Of a DNA stretch of 64,000 nt, positions 52,610 through 64,000 are shown piece by piece. This stretch comes from Octopus sinensis. Taxonomy: Eukaryota. Numbering within the stretch: position 1 is the stretch's first letter; each line of letters begins with the position of its first letter. Under the pieces are notes generated by a model that saw nothing but the letters and a program-made list of their open reading frames with translations, was not told where the DNA came from and made no database searches. A program made the position numbers and the translations under genes. The stretch is taken from contig NC_042997.1 in the NCBI RefSeq assembly GCF_006345805.1, positions 57,660,001-57,724,000 on the forward strand, written 5' to 3'.

Positions 52610-54237
52610 GCCCATTCCTCTAGTGAAACCCAGTGACCTCACAATGCCTCTATAACAGTGTTATTACTGGAGTTAAGAACCACTGTTTAAGACTGATTTA
52701 GTCATTCATCTACCTGGATTGATGTGTTATACATGAGGTCATTGAAAAAAGAAGCGTGATTCAGGTGCAGCATGCTAGACTACATAGATGTTTACTGTAT
52801 TGGTTTGGTGGCTCACAACTTTGAGTTCAAGCTTCTATAAGTACCAGTCCAACAGAACTAAATGATTTAAATGAAAATTAAGAGGAAAACAATGATTGTA
52901 CATTTAACATAGCAACTAATAGCATCTAAGTAACATAAAACAATCTCTAAAGGAATACTTTATTTACTAAATCTGTGACAGGTCTAAAAAAATGACACTT
53001 CAAAACCAAGGTGTATTCTCTTTTAGCTTGCTACTTAAAAAGCAATCAGCTAGAAATATATCCCTGCTGCTTTAATCCATATGACTAATGAGAAAAAAAA
53101 AAACAACTCAGATAATAGCCTACAAAAAAAAGGCACTAAAAAGGGGAGGAGAATATAAAAATGTATAAGCACTAAATAAGCTTAATGCACACACACTCAC
53201 AGCGCACGCGCGCACACACACACACACACACATGCATGCATGCATATACAAAAACACACAGACATTGTGTTTTTCATAAAAATATATATAATACTCTATT
53301 TTCTTCAATCTATCCAACTGAAAAATAAGGAGCATTGCCACTTAATAACTGATTGCTTATTTGTAAAAATTCTTGCTTAATGTAGTAAGGCCAAGAAAAT
53401 GTTTAACTGATTAAAACTATACCTGTAGTAAAAATTATAAAAAAAACATTCACAAAATAAATCACCAGCAGAAACAGCCACAACAACCACATCTTAAGGC
53501 AATTTTCCAGTTAAAGCAGAAGTTAGATTTGTGGTCTCTATAACAATCTATTCCATTTTGTTCTAGCCTTTACATTCACCCTCAACAACACCTCCTTCTT
53601 TATTTTCTCTTCCATCACTTTTAGCTATCTTTTTCTCAGTTTCCCCCTTCTTCTACTTCCTTCCACATTCATTTCCATCACTGCTCTTAGTTACTTTCGT
53701 CCTTACTTGGTACATGACCCAACCATCTCCTTCCCTTTCTTTCCACAACATCTTTTACTGGTTCTATTCTTATCAAATGAAAATTGAATGAAGGCTTCAG
53801 TGGAGAGCAAGTCTGGTGATAGTTCTAGATATATGTTTATCTTATTACATCTCAGTGAATTATGGCATATTCCAGTGCTAGTTGTCTGAACATAAGATGA
53901 TACAGACATAGAGTTTGAGTGAATAAACTCAGACATGATAACTGAAAAAATAACTTGAGAGAAATTACATTTGTATGAAAAGTAAATAGTTACATCCATG
54001 CCAGACAGTATTGTGAGCCAAAAATATTTAATTCATTAAAATTACAACCATATTGAGAAGAAAAATATCAAGATCAAACAAACACACAGCTGTTTGTCAA
54101 CCCTACTGCTATTATTAGATTTAGTCTCATACTACAAGAACTTATTCACTGCATTAAATAAGGTTTTTTATGTTGTATGATTAAACTGCTTACAAAACAA
54201 ATGATTAAAAAAAAAACAGGAACATCTTTGGACTTAC

Positions 54238-54342
54238 CAAATTAGCAACTTTTGCCACACCTTCAGAGCATATTGTTACATCTTTACTTGTTTCTGCTAT
54301 ATACTGGCTGGAAGCTTTGGGTGATAAGATGCTTTCAGACAT
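54238..54342 (-). CDS. QNG1: Queuosine salvage protein, coding exon 1 (MSESILSPKASSQYIAETSKDVTICSEGVAKVANL)
   Basis: Matches the C9orf64 N-terminus (LNPRESSKFIAENSRDV.I...GV..VA.L). The acceptor at 54372-54373 leaves 29 nt of 5' UTR; donor GTAAGT, phase 0. Confidence 0.93.
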
Positions 54343-55691
54343 ATTGACAAATCACTTAGTTAACACTGTTTCTGGTAACAGAAACAAAAGATGAGTTATT
54401 ACAATACAAAATACAGCAGACATTTAGAACTACATCAAACACATTCTAAATCCAATAAATAATTTAGCATTAGGCATTTAATGTTTTAAACTTTTACATT
54501 ATCATCATCCTCATCATTTAACATCCATGTTCCATGCTAGCATGAGTTGGACAGTTTGACATGTTTGTTTTGGCATAGTTTCAACAGCTGGATGCACTTT
54601 CTAACACTAACCACCGTACAGAGTCTACTGGCATGGGTGCTTCTTGTGGCACAATGAAGAATGGCGAATTATACATCTTTAATTAAATGTTTTTTTCGGC
54701 AAATAAAATTCCAACATATGTTTTTGTTGTATAAGTGTCTGGGGGTTCTTAATGCAATAGTTCTGTACCTCCAATCAATTTAAATTAAATCAATTATGGT
54801 GCAAATTCCAATCCAAAAGCTGACATTCTTATATAACTTTTTACAAATTGTTCCCCAGATAGGTTTATGAAGCAAACTGAAATATCTAATACCAAAGTTT
54901 GCTTCACTTGTACAGAGAACATCTTGAAAAAAACTATATGAGAATGTCAGTCTTTGAATTGGAATTTGTACTGTAGCAAGGATTCAAACCCTGACTGCTA
55001 GATTCTCAGTCAGATACCATGAATGAGCCCTCAAAGTTTCACATGATCAGTCTATAAGTCAAATAATCAGCATGAGGCTGTGGAATGATATGGTTTTCTC
55101 AAATGTTCTAAAATTTAACTTCTTGTCCCCTATTAAAAACCGTTTCCGGTGCTCAATCCATTGCATGGTGTTGAAGGTGGCTGACTGATTCATGTGCCTC
55201 CTCTCTTGCCAAGCAGACAGTTCTGAACATTTGCACAGACAACTCCAGTTTCTCGGACAAATCTATTTTGAGCATTCACCCAATGTGTCATAAGAAACCG
55301 CTATGGAGATGGCGTAGTTTTTCTCACTATCCTATTTGGCAATTATTAATATTGTTCATTGTAAATAACCAACACCAAATATCATTATGCCTGGCAAGAA
55401 ATATCAAGTTATGTGTATGTGACTTTGCTTCAGTAATTATTCTTGCAGCCAACACTGACACCCACTTTGGCAATGGCGATGTATACTTTTAAAGTATATC
55501 TTCATTGATAACTCAGCTTGAGTAACGAAGCAAACCTGTATGCCAATACTGTGGTTGATTTAGTATAAATTGAAGTATAGAACTATCGCATCTAAGAACC
55601 CTAGAAACTTATGCATCAGAAACAAATATCAGAATTTTATATGCTGAAAAATATTTTGCTCCAATCTTTATCATGAATATATATATATATA

Positions 55692-55935
55692 TCATCATCA
55701 TCAACATCATCATTTAGCGTCCGCTTTCCATGCTAGCATGGGTTGGACGGGTCAACTGGGGTCTGTGAAGCTGGAAGGCTTCGTCAAGCCCAGTCAGATC
55801 TGGCAGTGTTTCTACGGCTGGATGCCCTTCCTAACGCCAACCACTCCGCGAGTGTAGTGGGTGTTTTTTACGTGCCACCTGCACAGGTGCCAGACAGAGC
55901 TGGCAAACGGCCACGAACGGATGGTGTTTTACGTG
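55692..55935 (-). mobile_element. Young RTE-tail SINE copy
   Basis: (cat)n-ttagcgtccgctttccatgctagcatgggttggacgg..ctaacgccaaccactcc..gtgccac. Confidence 0.85.
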
Positions 55936-55949
55936 TATATATATATATA

Positions 55950-56160
55950 GTTAATCCAAACATGAAAACACAACAACGTGAGGACGTGGAACAAGTATAG
56001 TGTTATTGGACGCTCAGGAAAGAAAGAAAGAAGGAGAGTTTAACATTTTGAGTGGAGCTCTTCGTCAGAAACATAGGAGAAGGAAAGATCCAAAGAAGGG
56101 AAGACGGAGGAAAAAAAAATCGCCAACGGTACACACGCGGTCACATTTTGAATATATATA
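55950..56160 (-). mobile_element. Penelope-like terminal repeat remnant with a decayed minimal hammerhead motif
   Basis: Minus strand gtttCTGACGAaGAGctccaCTCaaaatgtt; flanked by (TA)n on both sides. Confidence 0.5.
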
Positions 56161-56170
56161 TATGTACATA

Positions 56171-57173
56171 CAGGGGTTGGACAAAATAATGGAAACACCT
56201 AGCATCATAATTTTGAAATATTTATAAACCCATCAAAAGCTTGTTTATTTTTATGTTTTTTGATTTATTATTAGTGTTGCTTAATATGTTTTGCTAAAAT
56301 TGCTGTTCTTTTCATCAGAAAAAAGTAATTAAATTTCATTAAAATGACAGATCTATCGGACTTTCAAAGAGGTCAAATTGTTGGTGCTTGTATGGCAAGT
56401 GCCAATATAATGAAAACAGCCAAAATGTTTGGTGTATCAAGAACTACTGTCTCAAAAGTAATGACAGCTTTGAGAAAGAGGGAAAAACTTCTTTGTCAAA
56501 ACAAAACTCCAGAAAAACCAAAACTTTCAGATAGGGGAAGTGTATGGAGAGGACTGTATGAGCCGCACATAAATGTACAAGTAGTTCAAACGTTTTCAAG
56601 ATGGCCAAAAAATGTCAATATTGGCGAACGTTTTGGGAGACCAGCAACCAGCAGAACTGAGAAAAGCATCGTAGACGTGTGCAGCTGTGAGGCGAAATTG
56701 TCAAATCATCATCCATGAGTTGTCAGAGGATGTACAGATTAGTTATCGTTCAGTTCAGTCCATTATCACTGAAGATTTGGGTATGAGATGCGTGTCTGCC
56801 AAGTTTGTGCCAAAACTGCTTTCAGCTGACCAAAGACATTTGGACTTCAGTTGCACAAGATCTTGAGTGTATTGAGAACGATGAAATCTTTTTGAAAACT
56901 TTACGTAGGCCTCTGTGCAGGTATTGCTAAGCTTTTAGCAAAATTTGATGTAGATTCTCTGCTCAACCTTCCCCGTCATGGTCAATGTGACAATCACATG
57001 CTACACACCTTCCTTCCAAGCACTGCTTTAAACAGTGGAAGTGAGCTAGAACGTTAAAACTTATTGCATATGCATAGCCGAATACAAGGTAAATCTGTGC
57101 CGAGCGGCTTTACTCTGCGTGCTTCAGCTTCGTTACTGTAGCAACAGTCCGGATACTTATTGGTCAACCCTCG
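56171..57173 (+). mobile_element. Tc1 left end (56171-~56535) joined to a mariner derivative (~56536-57173)
   Basis: TA|caggggttggacaaaataatggaaacacct TIR and MTDLSDFQRGQIVGA..TAKMFGVSRTTVSKVM; then the mariner HTH region and a right end ..ggtcaaccctcg|TA shared with 34315-34985. Confidence 0.8.
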
Positions 57174-58879
57174 TATGTGTGTGTGTGTAAGGAATGGATC
57201 TAAATGATAAAACTTCATCAAACGTTACAAACGAAGAAAGGTAAAAAAAAAAACTAAATCAGGAGGATTATCGCAGTTTAAAAATCTTTAAAATGTTTAC
57301 GAAGACCTGAGATTTTATTGGTTCTCTATATGTTTAAAGAAACACTTACAGGTCTGGGTGTGGAAAATATAAATGTACAAAAGTGGGCACTAACATACTT
57401 AATGCACTGGGCTAAAATATGTTAATTAAACTATCCCGGTAGTGAGAACTAATAATTATCTTATTCAACAAATCTAGTCAACGAAAACAATGCGACATGT
57501 CTCGCCTCCCATTTCTGGATTAATGATAATCAACCTTGGCATAATTCAAAGGGAAATAACTAAATACAGTTTATCTGGCACACTTCCAATCCTTTACTTG
57601 TTAAGACTGATAACAAGCTTTCAGACATTGACCTTTGTAGTGATGTTGCAGCTTCTTTATAAGAGACATAATGTTAGTGACAATAATACAATTTTATTGT
57701 TGCTGGTAGCAATGATGCTACTTAGTACTTTAGATGATCTTTAACTCCAGGTGAATCTTGATTGAACAAATCTTATAATCAAAGCCAGTTCAGCCATAAC
57801 CATCTCATCGTTTTAGGGGTGTCTATGACTATACATTATCCAATGTGTCCCTTATTTGTAGGCCGTGTTGATACTGACATGACAATAGTGGCTTCGGTGG
57901 AAGTAGTAACATTAGTCAATGCCAAAGTAATGACCTTTTGTGAATGTAACCATTCTAATATGAATATATAGCTAGGATTACTATTAACACGGCGATTTTT
58001 TTTTTTTTTTTTTAGTACATATTCTCCGGGAGTGATAATGAAAGCAAAACCATTCGGGAAAATACATTAAAAGAAAATGACATGAACAATCTGCAAACGG
58101 CGAATCTTTGAATTTCAGTTAACAAAATCGTAATATGCAAATAAATAAGAGGAATCAAGCGTAAGGGCATGTACTGCAAGAATGGCCTAAAATAGCCATT
58201 GGCTTAGAAATATTTAGTACTTTAATACAAAACAATTAGTGTCAGACAATGTTGTGTAACAGGATGAGAGGTCCCCGCACTGGACCTCTCATCCTGTAAT
58301 TGAACCCTGATAATCTGGTTTCGTTTTGCTTAGAATGGCTTAAAAATATAGATTTAAAAAGTATTTATCTCTTGAGTTAGAAAAAGGTATAGTCTTTAAC
58401 TAAATTAAGTATGATTTTGAATGCAATTATGAAGGGGCAAAAATAACAGAGGGTCAGAAACACTATTGAATATTTAGCTTAACTAATTAAAGTTTAAATA
58501 ACGGTATTTTTGACACTTACTTTTCGTTCTGTGAATTATATGTGAAGAAATTTGGTTTGTGAGTAGGTATGAACGAAAAATATGTATAAAGATAGCAGAT
58601 TAAAATATTTTGTAGAAACTAATTATTTGCATTAAGTTATTTATCTTTGTTTCAAAAGTTCAAGGAACATAAAGGGAAGGAATGTATCTCGTCTCTAGCT
58701 ATACTTTGATACTCAATATTGTAAATAGTTTTATGTAATAACTTAAATGTTTATTTTCTTTTTAATTTGATGAGGAAATTCTGTTAACTAAATATTTCTA
58801 AATTAATTATAAACAGATAAATATAGCAATAAATAAAAAAAATTACATGTATATAAATAATAATTCCAAAGCTGTGGAA

Positions 58880-58930
58880 ATGTATTTCCGGTACCCGGTT
58901 TCATAACGGTTTCGTTCACCGGAAGTTTTT
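58880..58930. promoter_or_regulatory. Putative QNG1 promoter (paired ETS sites); a non-coding first exon may end at the GTAAGT donor at 58520
   Basis: ATTTCCGG 58884-58891 and CCGGAAGT 58919-58926 in CpG-rich DNA. The acceptor before the ATG exon requires an upstream exon; minus-strand GTAAGT donors occur at 58515-58520 and 57344-57349. Confidence 0.4.
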
Positions 58931-60199
58931 CGTCTGTGTCCTGCAAGTGTATTTATGATTCTGTAGTTTCAGCTTTATGCCGTGTGGAAAAAGAAAAATT
59001 CTATATTTGTAGTTCTTATTAACGAACATACACCTCTCTCTCTCTCTAATAGCGGTGCGCTAAAAATCGCGAGTTCTTGGAATCTGTATGTTTTGAGTAT
59101 CGTACGCACTAAATGTGAAAAGAAAGTTAAGGGGGCTCCCCCTTTTACGTATATTTTCAGGTTTTACATTTTTTTTTGTTTATCATATTAATGTTCTGGA
59201 GTAGCTTAATCTACCATACCAACAAAAGTGTGCTCTCACCGACTTTGTTTCCAAATAATTTTCAGAAAAGGGGATATTTTTTAAATGAAATTATCTACAA
59301 TGCTTTTCTGCTGGTGTTAATTACAATTATATCGTATAATTATATGGTGTAAATTACAACTATATGAAAGAAAATAAAATAAAGTAAGCAAGCGCACATA
59401 CATATCGACACACATCAAATAATGTTTCTAAGTGCATCAGCATGGCTGCAGCTATGAGCTGAAACTACAGCAAAAAAAAAAAAGTTGTATTTTGTAGATA
59501 TGTCTGTCATACATGTCAGTATTTGTGCTCGCCCATCAATTTTTGTCTTTTTCTTTTCTTTCTTTTTTCCGCATTAAATTCCGGTATAATTGTAACCTGC
59601 ACTATCTGAAAGGCATTTGTAGAAAATTTCATCTAAAAAAGTCCCGTTTTTCTGAAAACAGAGTCATAGTTGGGGGCACAATTGTGTAGGTATGCCCCTT
59701 AGACGTTCAAAATGGAGATCTCGGGAAAAATAATAAAGTCAAAGCTGAAAAATTACGGAAGAGAGAGAGAGAGATTAAAAAATCACTCCTCCCATTTTTT
59801 TCTTTGTAGATTCGTAATCTATACTTAAATCATACACATCCGAATAAATTATGCATTTTGGCACACTTGATGATTTGCGACTTTATTCTCTTAGAATGCA
59901 ATAGAGACAGATTGATTGGAGGGGTGTGCAACGAATTGGTCACAGCGTGAACACATTAGCTAGATTGCCCTGCGATGTTCGCTCTGGCTACCTGCAGTCT
60001 GAGTTGAAATACTGCTGGAACTTTCGTCGGAGGGAAAAGAAATATTAACGGTATGTTTTTATGAGCAGAAGGTGAAACTAAAGTGTGACCTGTGAGCATT
60101 ACATGATGTATGTATATAATGTTATTTGTATAATGATATAGACCGAATGAGTTATTATTAAAAAATCTGCGTTGTTCAGAGAAGCCTGGTGCGCTGTCC

Positions 60200-61033
60200 A
60201 TCAGGTGTCAGAATACGTGGTACCAACCGAGCAGAAACCATTATGCCATGTTCATTGTGCAGAGTACTCTCAACTCTCTTACGGGATCTAGTAATAGCAT
60301 TGCTATTTGATTTATAGTCAATCGCCTGTCATCCATCACCATGTGGTGAACACAATCAATGTATTCCTTGATGGTGGCAGTTGCAGGACGTCCAGACTTT
60401 AGGTCATCTTCAAGATTCTCCATTCCCCTCCTAAATGTAGCAGACATATTAGCATGAATGTCATTGATCTTCCGTGAGCAAGCAGGACACAAATTTTGTT
60501 GCAATTCTTTTCATTTGCTAGTCCTTGCTCAAAATTTGTTGGCAGGAGCTCCAGGACACACCAGTCATATCAACAAGTTTGTCAATTGTTCGGTGGCGGT
60601 GCTCCAAGATCAGTTCATGAAGTTTCATGTTTTCATTCATTTGGGAGGTCAATGGACGCCCTAAACGAGGTTGGTCTTCAAGCGACAAATGACAATTCGT
60701 AAAGCGTGAAAACCACTCATAAACTCGTGTTTTGCTCATGGCAGCGTCCTTCTAAGCTGTTAGAAGCATGACAGCTGTTTCGGCCTCTGTTTTCCCAAAC
60801 AGAAAACAGAATTTCACGGGAGCACGCTGATCCCTCATTTCAGCCATCGCAAAAATTGACGAACAAGGGAGAAGCACTGCAAAGCAAAGATGCGCCATGT
60901 GACAGTAGAACTACACTCGACGACGCTGGTCAGCATACCGATGCCTGGGGTCACATCAAGTGACTTCTAGCATCCGAAGCCTGAACTACAACAGGCCTGT
61001 CCCACAGAGAATATTTCTGGTTACTTTGGGGGT
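60200..61033 (-). mobile_element. Two adjacent mariner transposase 5' fragments
   Basis: MSKTRVYEWFSRF...LEDQPRLGRP...RTIDKLVDMTGVSWSSCQQILS and LEDDLKSGRPATA...DDRRLTINQIA. Confidence 0.8.
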
Positions 61034-61239
61034 ATCCCCTTGTATGTATGAATGCAAGGAAGGGGCGATCCAGTGTGTGAATACCGTGAAAAACAATTAG
61101 AGATCGGATTCCTTCAAGAGTTATGTCTCTTGTCCCAAAACCTGCATAAATGATAACTGCCAACAGAGTGAGGTCAGGGAACAGGTGAAAAGGGACTGAT
61201 ATGTGTAGGAGTGTTGGAGGAAGGGGATTAGGTAAGTTT

Positions 61240-62660
61240 AAACTCGTGCTTTACCAGACTTCAGGTTGTGGTGGTGGGAGGATTGAGTGAAGGAGCCCTA
61301 AGGTTTATAATCATGTTGGAGCCTGTTGGTAACAATCACATTCTTTCATGTGGGTACAGGCAAAAAACTTCACTCTTGCAGGCTTGGATAAGTGTCCGGG
61401 TGAAGAGAGTTCTTCAAAACAGTTCTTTTCTCAGCTAGACATAACCTGCACTTCCTGCTTTTGTTGAAATTAGGCTTGCACTTCTTAGCACTCTCCACTT
61501 GATCTTGTAATCCATGGTGCTTTCCTCCAACGACCATGCATGCTAAGCCAGGGCTATTATATTCCACTTCTCATTAATATTAAAGGAGGACTTATGATTG
61601 TTATGGATGTATGTAGACAAAATCTCCTGGACTTTCTGTTGCACCCACATACTCTCGCACATTTGACTGCCTGTTGGGGGTCATTTGGCGTCACTTGTGT
61701 CTCATATACAACGATCACGGTGTTGCAGCTGTCGTTGAGAGGTCATGTTGTGTTGCTGCTACTTGAACATCTTGTCTCTGTCTCTGACGTGGGTCCACCA
61801 CCTAAAATTTTCAAGAGACTAGGTGTAAACTAAAAGAAACACTTAAAGCGTATCTATTAAATATTTTATAGAACCTATTCATACAGGGAAGTGTATAGTC
61901 ACTAAGCTAAGGTAGATCTTACCAATACAAGCCTTAACATTTTGGGAGAACAAGTGAGAACCACAATACCTTCCAATTATGTTTTCTCTTGTTGGGGTTA
62001 TGGTCACGTGTGTAATTAATCCTATCTTTAAAATCGGTGGCAGCCAGAGGCCTCATTGTGGTATGGAGCCGTGAGGTCGAAAGTCTCTTGTAAACAGATT
62101 GGAGAATCTTCTCCTGATCCCTTTCATAAGGTTCGCGAACACTATGGTTGGAAAAGGAAGCTATATTAATGTATGTCAGTTTGTCATTCGGCTTCTTAAA
62201 AGCACCAGATTCTAACTTTAAGGTCACATCAAGGAAATTATCTGTCTTTTGGTTGGTTTCTATAGTAACCGGGAAGCCTAGGGAATTCAAGGTCCTTCCT
62301 AAGCCTAGCGAGTATGTGGGCCACCAATGTTGCCTAAGCTAGTTGAAGGGAATTTCTTATTAAGTAAATCTAAAATAAAAATGCCAACGAGGTCACACAC
62401 ATCAGCGTTGTCGAAAGCACCATTCGCTACGTCGAAGAAGTCTTTTAAATCGGTGCGCTTGGCCCAGGCCAGTCCGTTGAAAAGCAGGGATTTTTTGTTT
62501 TTTTGTATGTGTGTATGATAATGCCTCTGTCCTCATCTGTAATCTCATTGTGTGCGTGTGCACTGGCGTAGTTAGTGGGTGCGGCACGTTTCATCTTGTA
62601 GGCTATTGCTGTAGGCATTATGTGTTTTTTGTGGGGTTCAGGGCTGCCCCGGGTAGCACA
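61240..62660 (-). mobile_element. Degenerate Penelope-like element (RT C-half plus GIY-YIG)
   Basis: ITDEDRGIIIHT, TIETNQKTDNFLDVTL..KPND, PLNDSCNTV.VVYE..EYVGATE and KCRLCLAEK in shifting frames. Confidence 0.85.
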
Positions 62661-63142
62661 CACTCTAGTGTGTGTATGTGCATGTTATGTGGAATTGAGG
62701 TCTAACTGATTGAATGCGTATCGTTTTCGTTTGTTCACTCACTGCGTGTATACATGTGTATATGTATACTGTTTTCTCTCTCTCTCTCTTTCTCTTTCCC
62801 ATCACCGCTTATGAAATCTGGCTGACGTTTTTTTCATTGTCTGGCCGTTGCCACCTCTCTGACACTTGTTACTACTTCCCTTTTTCATCTCTCTCTCTCT
62901 CTCTTACATACACACATGTACACACACTAAATCCCGTTTATATTTACTTCTACACCCGTTGATGTTTCTACGCTCCAACGAAGGATTCTCTTCAAAACGT
63001 CACGTTTCCCTACTTCTCTGCGGCCTAAAAATTCTGTTTAAATCTATATGTATCATCTTTTAACAACACTGAACATCTCTACTTCCCTCGGATTCTACTG
63101 TTTTACTATACTAGTGCATTTCTTATTGCCATATTCATAACT

Positions 63143-64000
63143 ATGGAAGTTGATATTGCAAGCGCGAAAACTGGGAAATGTATTGTTTCCTTCAGTAACC
63201 TCAAACCTCTATCGACAGTGAAAGATGTTAAAAAGGAATATAAGAAATTCAGTCCGAAATTGGCATTTGAAAGACAATCATTTCGTAAAGAAGCGCGAGG
63301 CAGGCTTCTTAGAGATGACGAAACACTAGCAAGTTTGGGATTCAACAAGAAAGCTGTCCTTTACTTCAAAGACCTTGGTCCTCAAATAGGATGGACCACA
63401 GTATTTCTCGCAGAATATGCTGGACCCCTTTTTATCTATGCATTCTTTTATATTCGTCCTAGTTTTATTTATGGACAGAATGCTTTGGACGAACCTCGTG
63501 CCTTCGTAGTGGATCTCGCTGCCGGTTGTTGGTGCTTTCATTATGGCAAAAGACTACTGGAGACCCTGTTTGTACACCGATTTTCTCATGCAACCATGCC
63601 TATTCGTAATATTTTCAAGAATTGTGGGTACTACTGGGGCTTCTCGGCTTACATTGCTTATTATATGAATCATCCTCTGTACACTCCACCTACCTTCGGT
63701 AACAAACAAATATATACAGGTCTTGCACTTTTCATCCTCTCAGAAATCGGTAATTTTTCTATTCATATTGCACTACGCAACCTCCGGCCCCGCAATTCTA
63801 CGCGGCGGTTGATACCTTATCCGGGCCTGAACCCTTTCACTTGGCTCTTCCATCTCGTTAGCTGCCCAAACTACACCTACGAGGTGTTTGCTTGGATCGG
63901 TTTTACAGCGATGACACAGTGTTTTCCTGTCGGACTCTTCACCCTGGCAGGTTTCTATCAAATGACTGTATGGTCTTTCAACAAACTTGTAAATTACAAA
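63143..64000 (+). CDS. TECR: Very-long-chain enoyl-CoA reductase (TECR/Tsc13 family), intronless, 3'-truncated by window edge
   Basis: 286 open codons from ATG 63143: ubiquitin-like N-terminus, then YFKDLGPQIGWTTVFLAEYAGP, HYGKRLLETLFVHRFSHATMP, NIFKNCGYYWGF, NHPLYTPP, NPFTWLFHLVSCPNYTYEV; no introns or stops. Confidence 0.97.
   Translation, partial: MEVDIASAKTGKCIVSFSNLKPLSTVKDVKKEYKKFSPKLAFERQSFRKEARGRLLRDDETLASLGFNKKAVLYFKDLGPQIGWTTVFLAEYAGPLFIYAFFYIRPSFIYGQNALDEPRAFVVDLAAGCWCFHYGKRLLETLFVHRFSHATMPIRNIFKNCGYYWGFSAYIAYYMNHPLYTPPTFGNKQIYTGLALFILSEIGNFSIHIALRNLRPRNSTRRLIPYPGLNPFTWLFHLVSCPNYTYEVFAWIGFTAMTQCFPVGLFTLAGFYQMTVWSFNKLVNYK

Noticed and set aside
57480-57975. Two plus-strand ORFs (84 and 69 aa) near the QNG1 5' region
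   Set aside because: No recognisable domain in any of the six frames; stops are frequent in every frame
59258-59655. Diverged ~50-bp inverted repeat (59258-59310 versus ~59604-59655)
   Set aside because: Looks like subterminal repeats of an old MITE; termini and TSD could not be defined
63106-63961. Three minus-strand ORFs listed in the track
   Set aside because: Antisense shadows of the plus-strand TECR coding sequence

Overview
AT-rich, microsatellite- and transposon-dense animal genomic DNA. The SINE, RTE and Penelope repeat families look like those of an octopus (coleoid cephalopod); this is inferred from recalled repeat motifs, not from a search. Three protein-coding genes are supported. 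(1) The first coding exon of a RILP-like gene (RH1 domain; minus, 17242-17586); no further exon was recognised in the 17 kb downstream. (2) A complete 9-coding-exon queuosine salvage gene QNG1/C9orf64 (minus, 32847-54342; 1026 nt, 341 aa, all GT-AG, phases consistent). (3) An intronless TECR (very-long-chain enoyl-CoA reductase) ORF (plus, from 63143, 286 open codons, running off the window and missing from the ORF track), which looks like an intact retrogene head-to-head with QNG1. The most unusual non-coding structures are: a ~425-bp foldback element split by an RTE-derived insertion that carries a ~340-390-bp tandem array (20392-22506); a near-identical inverted-plus-direct duplication block (26932-28029); a solo LTR in a (TA)n tract; Penelope remnants including a decayed minimal hammerhead motif; and an unidentified decayed coding-like tract inside RILPL intron 1. 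Most short ORFs in the supplied track are repeat or microsatellite noise. No clearly new multi-gene system was found.
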